Positions 57,203 through 64,000 of a stretch of 64,000 bases of DNA are shown in pieces. The translations under genes and the position numbers were made by a program. This DNA is from an uncultured Planctomycetia bacterium (lineage in GTDB: Bacteria > Omnitrophota > Gorgyraeia > 2-01-FULL-45-10 > JAHFGN01): NCBI GenBank assembly GCA_964354545.1, contig CAYHAE010000006.1:10975-74974 (forward strand), in the 5' to 3' direction. The notes beneath the pieces were generated by a model, which was not told where the DNA came from, made no database searches, and saw nothing but the letters and a program-made list of their open reading frames with translations. Position 1 is the stretch's first letter; every line of letters starts with the position of its first letter.

Positions 57203-58390
57203 TTATCCCAGCGACTGTGCAAACTCCTTCCCGTACTCATAGCAGCGCGTGATCTCTTTCTCATCCGGGACATACTTGAAAGAGATGGAAGGCCGGATCG
57301 TTTCGATCCCCGCCTCCTTGAGCACCCCCTCGATCCCGTTCACCGCTCCGCCCGACCACCCGTACGAACCGAATGCGCATGCGACCCTGCTCTTGGGCTT
57401 GAGCCCTTTAAGGAACGCCAGGAACCCTGCAACGGCGGGGAGCATGTCGTTATCGTGGGTGGACGAGCCGATGATGAATCCCTTCGCGTCGAGCATCGCT
57501 TTCACTACCTCTGTACGGTCGGACTGGGCGATATCGAAGAGCCTCACGCCCGTCCCCCCGTCGATGACCCCTTCTGCGATCGCGCGGGCCATCTTCTCCG
57601 TCGCGCCCCACATCGTCTCGTACACTACCACGACTTTCCGTTTCGTCTCATTTCTCGCCCACCCGAGATATGCGCGCACGATCTTCATCGGGTCCTTGCG
57701 CCATATGATCCCGTGGCTCGGGGCGATCATGGTGATGGGGATATTGAGTTTCTGGACCTCTTCTATCTTCCTTGCGATGAGGGAGCTAAGGGGCCAGAGG
57801 ATATTCGCATAGTACTTAGCGGCCTCATCCATAAGCTCGGCCTCATTGACCTCGTCTTCAAACCTCTCGGCAGTCGCATAGTGTTGCCCGAAGGCGTCGT
57901 TGGGAAGGAGGAGCTGCTCCTCGGGACAATAGGTGAACATGCTGTCCGGCCAGTGGATCATGGGCGCCTCGATGAAGGCCAGGGTCCTCGCGCCCAACTT
58001 CACCGAATCACCCGTCTTCACCACCTGGAAATCCATGTTCGCGTAATAGTGCTTGAAGAGCCCCTCTTTACACTTTGCCGTACCAAAGACCTTCGCCTTT
58101 GGACAATGTTTCAGTATCACGGGCAGCGCTCCGGAGTGGTCGGTCTCCACGTGGTTGATGATGATGTTGTCGATCTTGTCCGGAGGCACTATCGCTCTTA
58201 TCCTTTCGATCATCTCCTGCGCGAACGGCCCATAGACCGTATCCACGAGCGTAATCTTGTCGTCGACGATGAGATAGGCGTTGTAGGTAGTCCCTCTTTG
58301 TGTCGTATAGGTATGCCCGTGGAAATTCTTCACGTTCCAGTCGACGACGCCTACCCAGTAGATCTTCTTCTTTATTTCAACGGGCTTCAT
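57203..58390 (-). CDS. fprA: Flavodiiron protein (FprA)
   Basis: [36 protein letters not shown], flavodoxin domain. Confidence 0.95.
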   Translation of the reverse strand: MKPVEIKKKIYWVGVVDWNVKNFHGHTYTTQRGTTYNAYLIVDDKITLVDTVYGPFAQEMIERIRAIVPPDKIDNIIINHVETDHSGALPVILKHCPKAKVFGTAKCKEGLFKHYYANMDFQVVKTGDSVKLGARTLAFIEAPMIHWPDSMFTYCPEEQLLLPNDAFGQHYATAERFEDEVNEAELMDEAAKYYANILWPLSSLIARKIEEVQKLNIPITMIAPSHGIIWRKDPMKIVRAYLGWARNETKRKVVVVYETMWGATEKMARAIAEGVIDGGTGVRLFDIAQSDRTEVVKAMLDAKGFIIGSSTHDNDMLPAVAGFLAFLKGLKPKSRVACAFGSYGWSGGAVNGIEGVLKEAGIETIRPSISFKYVPDEKEITRCYEYGKEFAQSLG

Positions 58391-59088
58391 TGCGTGCCCC
58401 CCTCTTTTACAAATTCACTCTTACCCGCGCCGCAGACAGGGCAGACCCACGCTTCAGGAAGTTTCTCGAAAGGCGTGCCTGGCTGGACCCCGCCATCAGG
58501 GTCCCCGGACGCAGGGTCGTAGATATAATTACAGACGACGCACCGATATTTTTGCAGCGGGGTGAGCCGCGCTTTCCCGCCCTCTTCTCTGATGAACGTG
58601 GGCGCGGTCTCCGGGGTCGTTCCGCGCTTCACCTGGTGGTAGTACTCATACGTGAGCGGCTTCCCTGCCTTCACTACCTTCGAGTCTTCCGCTTCTCCCA
58701 GAAAAAGCGTATGCGTCCCGCAATCAAGACTATTCGTCACCCTCACCTCGAGGTATCCGATCGCATGGTCAAGGACCACGGGACAGCCTGACGAGAGCAC
58801 CGTGACGTTCACGCCTTTGAATTTATCCTCGTTCCTCCCGGACTTGAAACCGAACTTTCCCACAAAGGCAAGGGGCGTGGCTTCTTCGAGGATGGTAAGG
58901 CTGAACCGCCCGCTCGATACTATGTACTCATGGGTAAGATTACTTTTATTGATGCTCACCGCGATCGTGACCGGTTCGCTCGTTATCTGGAACACGGTAT
59001 TGACGATCTGGCCGTTGAAGACGCTGCCTTTCTTCGAAGAGACTATATACATCCCGTAACTGATATTGTGCAACACGTTCGGGTCCAT
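58387..59088 (-). CDS. High-molecular-weight rubredoxin (flavin reductase + rubredoxin)
   Basis: NTVFQIT..P, FGFKSGR, GTHTLF; C-terminal [10 protein letters not shown]...WVCPVC. Confidence 0.92.
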   Translation of the reverse strand: MDPNVLHNISYGMYIVSSKKGSVFNGQIVNTVFQITSEPVTIAVSINKSNLTHEYIVSSGRFSLTILEEATPLAFVGKFGFKSGRNEDKFKGVNVTVLSSGCPVVLDHAIGYLEVRVTNSLDCGTHTLFLGEAEDSKVVKAGKPLTYEYYHQVKRGTTPETAPTFIREEGGKARLTPLQKYRCVVCNYIYDPASGDPDGGVQPGTPFEKLPEAWVCPVCGAGKSEFVKEGGTQ

Positions 59089-59090
59089 CG

Positions 59091-59528
59091 CTACTCCTCC
59101 TTCGCCTCTTCAACGGCCGCGCCCCCCGTATCGATCCCGGCCGGACCTTCAGCACCGGCGCCGGGGACCGCGGGCGACGGCGGCTGGGGCGGAGGGCCTA
59201 TGATGATCCCCTGGATGAGTTTTCCCGCTATGTTGCAGCAGGCGATGACGTCGAGCCGGTCTCCATCCTTCAGCGAGGGGATGAGATAGACCGCGCGCTG
59301 TTCGTTACCGGTCTGGAGCGAAAAACGCTGCTCGATGGTGCGCTGTCCGTTGAGCCTCACCTCAACCCTGTCGATGTAGTGCGCCCTCGGGTCCTCGACG
59401 GGATGGGCGATGACGGTCTCGATGTGCGGCCCCACCACCTTCGATACGATCCTGACCGGCGGATGGGCGAAGGCGACGGCGGACGATGCGGCGAGGATCG
59501 CGGCGGCGAGGAGGAGGCGTCGCATCAT
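59091..59528 (-). CDS. Secreted SOR/desulfoferrodoxin-fold-like protein
   Basis: Signal peptide ending AFA-HPP; [11 protein letters not shown]; CCNIAG; Pro/Gly/Ala-rich tail. Confidence 0.6.
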   Translation of the reverse strand: MMRRLLLAAAILAASSAVAFAHPPVRIVSKVVGPHIETVIAHPVEDPRAHYIDRVEVRLNGQRTIEQRFSLQTGNEQRAVYLIPSLKDGDRLDVIACCNIAGKLIQGIIIGPPPQPPSPAVPGAGAEGPAGIDTGGAAVEEAKEE

Positions 59529-59758
59529 GGCCTCCCCTTCCTCATCTTCATCCCGACACGCCTGTAAAGAACGATGCCGAGGTGCAGCGCGGCGATGATA
59601 AACGTTGCGATACCCATAGACTTATGGAGACGGAAATTTATTCCGGTCAACCCCAGATAGAACGTCGCGGCCAGCAGGAGAAAAGCGATAGCGCCTGAAT
59701 AGATGATGAGGTTGTAAGGCTTCGTTATAGTCCGGAAAACCTCTTTAGGCTCTCTCAT
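59525..59758 (-). CDS. Small two-TM membrane protein with two His
   Basis: RBS GGAGG; RLHKSMG...AALHLG; overlaps the start of the next gene. Confidence 0.65.
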   Translation of the reverse strand: MREPKEVFRTITKPYNLIIYSGAIAFLLLAATFYLGLTGINFRLHKSMGIATFIIAALHLGIVLYRRVGMKMRKGRP

Positions 59759-59998
59759 TTAATACCTCCTGCATCTTCGGCCCGCGATCCCCGGCTTCGG
59801 GGCCTTGCGGGAGAAACCTCTCCTCAAACGTAGGGGCATCCTTCTTATACAATATCCCGAGCGCGATCCGCGCATCGTTATTATAATCCCACTCCCTTAT
59901 TTTGTCGAGCGCTCATCAATATACGGCGAGGATCGAACCTGATCTATCTATGCCTGAACCCGCCTTCCTTGTGATGAGGGTAGAGAAACCGCCCCCAT
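59745..59998 (-). pseudogene. Deletion remnant of 2-oxoacid:ferredoxin oxidoreductase (alpha N-terminus next to beta C-terminus)
   Basis: FSTLITRKAGSGIDRSGSILA (degenerate alpha GxAGxGI motif), followed by ALDKIREWDY..ARIALGILYKKDAPTFEE (beta tail). Confidence 0.6.
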
Positions 59999-60033
59999 CA
60001 GCCGCTACCTCGTTTCTATGCATCTCTCGGATG

Positions 60034-60222
60034 TTACTCCTCGATCGTTATCGCCGTCACCGGACACTCCTCTGTCGCCTTGCGGCACAGATCGTGGGCC
60101 GCCGCCGGCACTACCTTCACGGATACGACCGCTTTGTCGCCTTCCATACGGAATACTTCGGGACACGTGCCCGCGCACAGACCGCATCCTATGCAGAGCT
60201 CCGCATCGACTTTTGCTTTCAT
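60034..60222 (-). CDS. Monocluster ferredoxin
   Basis: CIGCGLCAGTCPEVF...CPVTAI. Confidence 0.93.
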   Translation of the reverse strand: MKAKVDAELCIGCGLCAGTCPEVFRMEGDKAVVSVKVVPAAAHDLCRKATEECPVTAITIEE

Positions 60223-60265
60223 GTCGAACTGCCTCCTTTTAAAACCCTCTGACAAATACTTCTTC

Positions 60266-60359
60266 AACGCAGATTTACGCGAATCAAACGCAGATAAACG
60301 CAGATTCATCTTCGAGAAGATCTGCGTAAATCCGCGTGCAATTTGCGAAAATCCGCGTT
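60266..60359. repeat. Decamer tandem repeats in inverted arrangement (AACGCAGAT/ATCTGCGT type)
   Basis: Four units per arm around the central ATCTTCGAGAAGAT. Confidence 0.85.
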
Positions 60360-60370
60360 AATAACATCTT

Positions 60371-60529
60371 CTATACCTTCTCGAACTCCTCTTTGGGTGC
60401 GCCGCACTCGGGGCAGACCCAGCCATCGGGCAGGACATCAAACGCTGTCCCGGGCGGGACTCCATTATCGGGGTCACCTTTCGCCGGATCATAGATATAG
60501 CCGCATATCTTACACCGATACTTGTCCAT
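60371..60529 (-). CDS. Rubredoxin (52 aa, not in the ORF track)
   Basis: [52 protein letters not shown]. Confidence 0.95.
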   Translation of the reverse strand: MDKYRCKICGYIYDPAKGDPDNGVPPGTAFDVLPDGWVCPECGAPKEEFEKV

Positions 60530-60531
60530 AG

Positions 60532-61425
60532 TCAGCGTGCCTCATTTCGGAGAAGACATTCGAATTGGATGTTCGTGTGGCCGATATGAAACCTGTCTCG
60601 CAGCAATGCGTTGATCTTCTCCAAGAGCTCATTCGCCTTGCTCACGTGGCAGTCCTCGATCACCACGTGGGCGGTGAGGGCGTACATCGACGTCGCGATG
60701 GTCCACGCGTGGACATGGTGTACTTCATGGATGCCGGCGATCTCTGATTTAAGGGCTACGATCATCGAATCGATGTCCAAATGCGCCGGCGTCGATTCCA
60801 GGAGGATGTTCGCGGAGTCGATGAGAAGCCGCCCTGCCCATATGATGATTAAAATGCAGATGAGGAACGAGAGTATGGGGTCAGCGATATAGTTCCTGGT
60901 GTAGAAGATGAAGACCCCGGCGCCCACGACCCCGATGCTGGAGACCATATCTCCTATCTCGTGGAGAAGTGCGCTGCGGATGTTGAGGTCGTGCGAACTC
61001 GCCTTGGCCAAGAGGACCGTGCTTATGCCGTTCACGACGAGGCCGAGCCCTGCCACGAGGAGCATCTCCCCGGTGTTGATCTTCTCCGGAGTGATAAACC
61101 TCAGGATCGCTTCATAGACGAGATAGGCGGATATATATATGAGCGCGATCCCGTTCACAAAAGCCGCGAGCACCTCAGAGCGGTAAAACCCGTAGGTCCT
61201 CTTCTTCGTCACCGGCCGGGTCGATATCAGTATGGCAAAATAGCTCATCCCGAGCGCGAAGAGGTGCGTGAGCATGTGCCAGGCATCGGAGATAAGAGCG
61301 AGGCTATTCGAGAGGTATCCTCCGACGAACTCTATCGCCATGCCCGCGCCGGTCAGAATGAGCGCGAGCTTCACGCGGGAGAGCTCATCAGCCTTATGGT
61401 CGTACCTATGGTGAGCAACGGTCAT
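60532..61425 (-). CDS. Cation diffusion facilitator (CzcD/ZitB-like)
   Basis: [38 protein letters not shown]. Confidence 0.92.
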   Translation of the reverse strand: MTVAHHRYDHKADELSRVKLALILTGAGMAIEFVGGYLSNSLALISDAWHMLTHLFALGMSYFAILISTRPVTKKRTYGFYRSEVLAAFVNGIALIYISAYLVYEAILRFITPEKINTGEMLLVAGLGLVVNGISTVLLAKASSHDLNIRSALLHEIGDMVSSIGVVGAGVFIFYTRNYIADPILSFLICILIIIWAGRLLIDSANILLESTPAHLDIDSMIVALKSEIAGIHEVHHVHAWTIATSMYALTAHVVIEDCHVSKANELLEKINALLRDRFHIGHTNIQFECLLRNEAR

Positions 61426-61474
61426 CGCGTATACTCCGTAAGAATTCTACACGTATGGTTCGTTCATGGTGTAC

Positions 61475-61699
61475 TCACTGTACCGCGATCACCGATCTCA
61501 CTTCCGGCACCTCTTTTTTGATGATCCTCTCGATGCCCATCTTGAGCGTCATCTGGCTCATCGGACACCCGCCGCAGGCGCCCGTAAGCCTTACCTTCAC
61601 CACGCCATCGGGACTTACGTCGACCAGTTCAACGCTGCCGCCGTCTGCCTGGAGAGACGGCCTTATCTTGTTCAATGCGCTTTCGACCTTTTCCTTCAT
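61475..61699 (-). CDS. NifU C-terminal/Nfu Fe-S carrier
   Basis: [19 protein letters not shown]. Confidence 0.93.
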   Translation of the reverse strand: MKEKVESALNKIRPSLQADGGSVELVDVSPDGVVKVRLTGACGGCPMSQMTLKMGIERIIKKEVPEVRSVIAVQ

Positions 61700-61722
61700 G
61701 GTCTCCTCCCTATCTGCTTTTT

Positions 61723-62712
61723 TCACCTTGCGACATCCTGCACTTCGTACAGGCCGGTTTGCTTTATCACGCCCCTCACCGCATCCGCAGAGCGTTTAAA
61801 TTGATCCTCTTCTTGGGCCGATAGCTCGAGCCTCAGGACCTCCCTTACGCCCGACCTGTTGACGACCGCGGGGAGGCTCAAATACATATCGCGTACACCC
61901 AAGTAGTCGTCGACCAATGACGACACCGGCAGAACGGCGTTCTCATCATTGATGACCGCCTGTGTTATCCGTACGAGGGCAAGTCCTATGCCGTACGACG
62001 TTTCCCCTTTTTTTTCGATGATGCGATACGCGGAATCCCTCACATCCGTGAATATCTTCTTGAGCTCCTCATCGCAACGGTGAGGGTGTTTATTCTCGCA
62101 TACATGACAGTAGTCGCTGAAAAGCACCCCCCCGATCATCGCCCTGCTCCAGACGGGAAACTCGCTGTCCCCATGTTCTCCCAGGATATAGGCGTGGACA
62201 TTATGAGGATCTATCCTGCAGTGCTGGCTCAATAGAAATCGAAACCGTGCGCTGTCCAGCACGGTCCCCGAGCCGATGACCTCGTTCGCGGGCTTTCCCG
62301 AAAATCTGTATGCGGCGTACGCGAGGATATCAACGGGGTTCGTGACAACCAAAAGGATGGCGCGAGGGGCACACCGGACGACCTCGGGGACGATCTTCCC
62401 GTAGAGTTCGATGTTCTCTTTTGCGAGATCGGTCCGTGACTGGCCGCTCTTTTGCTTCTTCCCGGCCGTGATCACCACGAGATCCGAACCCTTTATGTCG
62501 GGGTAATCTCCCGCCTCTATCTCGACAGGCGAGATATAGGGAGCGCCGTGGGAGAGGTCCATCACCTCCCCCTCAAGCCTCTCCCTGCCCACATCCACGA
62601 TGACAAGCTGGCGCACGATACCGCTCATTATCAGGGCATACGCATAGCGCATGCCTACGTTACCGCAGCCAATGATCGATACCTTTGGCTTCAAGTCGAT
62701 GGCCTCCGACAT
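61723..62712 (-). CDS. ldh: L-lactate dehydrogenase
   Basis: GCGNVG, Gln in the specificity loop (KQKSGQSR), [18 protein letters not shown]. Confidence 0.9.
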   Translation of the reverse strand: MSEAIDLKPKVSIIGCGNVGMRYAYALIMSGIVRQLVIVDVGRERLEGEVMDLSHGAPYISPVEIEAGDYPDIKGSDLVVITAGKKQKSGQSRTDLAKENIELYGKIVPEVVRCAPRAILLVVTNPVDILAYAAYRFSGKPANEVIGSGTVLDSARFRFLLSQHCRIDPHNVHAYILGEHGDSEFPVWSRAMIGGVLFSDYCHVCENKHPHRCDEELKKIFTDVRDSAYRIIEKKGETSYGIGLALVRITQAVINDENAVLPVSSLVDDYLGVRDMYLSLPAVVNRSGVREVLRLELSAQEEDQFKRSADAVRGVIKQTGLYEVQDVAR

Positions 62713-62877
62713 AATCCTCACCTGCTTCCGATATCTATAGCTCTATGGCGCCTCTTTGCCTATTTCACATTACGGGAATATTATATTATAACAAATGCAC
62801 CTTCGGAATAATATGATTATCTGCAAAGGTTTTTTTCGGGCCGGTCGCACGCATGAAGAGGTGTGGGCAGTTTAATG

Positions 62878-62961
62878 TCATGCCCGGGACTGAGCACTAC
62901 ACCCCTCTTTGCAATGGGCAACGGGCCTTAACATATAGCGGATCGTTACTCGTGCTCTCAT
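62878..62961 (-). CDS. Possible 27-aa peptide
   Basis: SD-like GAAAGGGGGAG before ATG; MRARVTIRYMLRPVAHCKEGCSAQSRA. Confidence 0.3.
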   Translation of the reverse strand: MRARVTIRYMLRPVAHCKEGCSAQSRA

Positions 62962-63107
62962 TTTGATCTCCCCCCTTTCCTTAAGAAAAAGCCTTTGCAC
63001 ATGTCTCCTCGCTCGCCGGTTTACCCGTGAACCAGTCCCGCTTTGCGGGACGGTTCAGCCGTTCCGCTTGCGCAGCGGAACCCTTAAAAAGAAAGAGGCC
63101 TCGGCTG

Positions 63108-63139
63108 TTCCGCCGCAAGCGGATCCGCCTTCAGCGGAA
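63108..63139. repeat. REP-like palindrome (GCGGATCCGCC family) in the loop of a probable terminator
   Basis: TTCCGCCGCAAGCGGATCCGCCTTCAGCGGAA; relative at 31008-31036. Confidence 0.6.
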
Positions 63140-63152
63140 AGGCCGCGGAGCT

Positions 63153-63407
63153 TCACGAGCGCTCTTTCCCTCCGGATCTGCTTTTCAAATACCTGTTGTA
63201 CACTTCATCCCCCACGCACTCCCTCGCATACGCGCACCAGTCGAGACAGCACTGTTCTCCCGGCCGAGTTACGATTTTTTTACACTTCGGACAGGTCGTT
63301 TGGAACTCATCGGTCCATATCTCGAGTTCTCCCTGGCAGAACCAGCACGTGATGGTCTCCGGCGTCGGCTGCTTAAACCGTTGGGCTCCCGGGCAATCGG
63401 AAATCAT
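63153..63407 (-). CDS. Small Cys-rich (zinc-ribbon/Fe-S) protein
   Basis: CPG..KQPTPE..CWFC..ELEIWTDE..CPKC..CCLDWC.YARECVG. Confidence 0.8.
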   Translation of the reverse strand: MISDCPGAQRFKQPTPETITCWFCQGELEIWTDEFQTTCPKCKKIVTRPGEQCCLDWCAYARECVGDEVYNRYLKSRSGGKERS

Positions 63408-64000
63408 TATAGGCGCTCTCCCCGTATGGTGATCGTTACCTCTTCGAACGGTATCTTTTTACCTGAGGCTGCGATCGCATGTTCGATCGCCTCTACCAGG
63501 CCAAAACAACACGGTACCTCCATGTGGGCATACGTAATGGTCCTTATGGAGTTATTCTTTACGATCTGGGCGATCCTCTCCTTATAGAATTCGATGTCGT
63601 CCAGTTTCGGACATCCCACGAGAAGGACCTTCCCTTTCAACAGCTCCTCATGGAAATTCGCATACGCAAAAGGGACACAGTCGGCTGCGATCAAAAGGTC
63701 CGAATCTTTGAAATAAGGGGCGCTCGGAGGGACCAGGGCAATTTGCACGGGCCACTGCCCTAGCCTCGACTTGGCGTTAACGGGGCCCTCTTTCCCCTCC
63801 CGGAGTTCTTCGCCCTCTTTCAGATCCAGCACTTTCGAGCCGGGGCATCCGGAAAAATCATGCCCGCGGTGACCGCCGCGCGCCCTCTCCTCAAAAGGGT
63901 TCTTTATCTTCTTCTCCTTCAAGAAATCCATCGCCTCCTTGAGCAGATCCGTCTGATTATGTTCCTTGAGGTGTTCGAGGTGCGCCCGTATCACGTTCGG
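63407..64000 (-). CDS. Iron-sulfur cluster-binding oxidoreductase; partial, starts beyond the window
   Basis: GCPGS, LGQWPVQ..LV, AADCVPFAY, GCPKLDD, MEVPCC. Confidence 0.85.
   Translation of the reverse strand, partial: PNVIRAHLEHLKEHNQTDLLKEAMDFLKEKKIKNPFEERARGGHRGHDFSGCPGSKVLDLKEGEELREGKEGPVNAKSRLGQWPVQIALVPPSAPYFKDSDLLIAADCVPFAYANFHEELLKGKVLLVGCPKLDDIEFYKERIAQIVKNNSIRTITYAHMEVPCCFGLVEAIEHAIAASGKKIPFEEVTITIRGERL

Noticed and set aside
57152-58522. Long plus-strand ORFs (for example 456 aa here, 374 aa at 40714 and 53885, 357 aa at 26340)
   Set aside because: They are antisense shadows of well-supported minus-strand genes in GC-rich DNA and carry no recognisable motifs.
62070-62115. Cys/His-rich insertion in LDH ([12 protein letters not shown]) as a novelty
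   Set aside because: From recollection, a similar Cys-rich loop occurs in other LDHs such as that of Thermotoga, so it is not treated as new.

Overview
A 64-kb stretch of ordinary bacterial chromosome with roughly 85 genes, all on the minus strand. Protein style suggests a diderm anaerobe such as Ca. Omnitrophota/PVC; this is an inference, not verified. From left to right the window holds: a partial secretin, a GspC/PilP-like protein and an ExeA ATPase behind a long structured leader with a terminator; a PAS histidine kinase with a single-domain response regulator; rluA plus a complete MoxR-DUF58-BatABCDE operon; a NikR-led nickel ECF uptake operon with a clear NikR operator; a 9-subunit V/A-type ATPase operon ending in a USP and a PTS EIIA; MFS, CNNM, Trk, ExbBD, MarC and PiT/DUF47 genes; GH57, GT2 and lipoproteins; an Lrp regulator with an aminotransferase; metal transporters; and an ~11-kb oxygen/redox-defence island (TrxR, Grx, ferritin-like proteins, SOR, FprA, Hrb, rubredoxin, ferredoxin, Nfu, LDH). 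I found no CRISPR array, rRNA, tRNA, phage gene or transposase. The most unusual signal is non-coding: many spacers carry small, often nested palindromic elements, including three distinct MITEs, four REP-like families, heptamer and decamer inverted repeats, and a covarying two-hairpin module present as a 3x59-bp array and as dispersed copies. Also notable are a candidate cis-regulatory RNA, a secreted SOR-fold protein paired with a two-His membrane protein, a 7-Cys desulforedoxin-like ORF with an apparent ATT start, and two deletion remnants (korAB, mscS).
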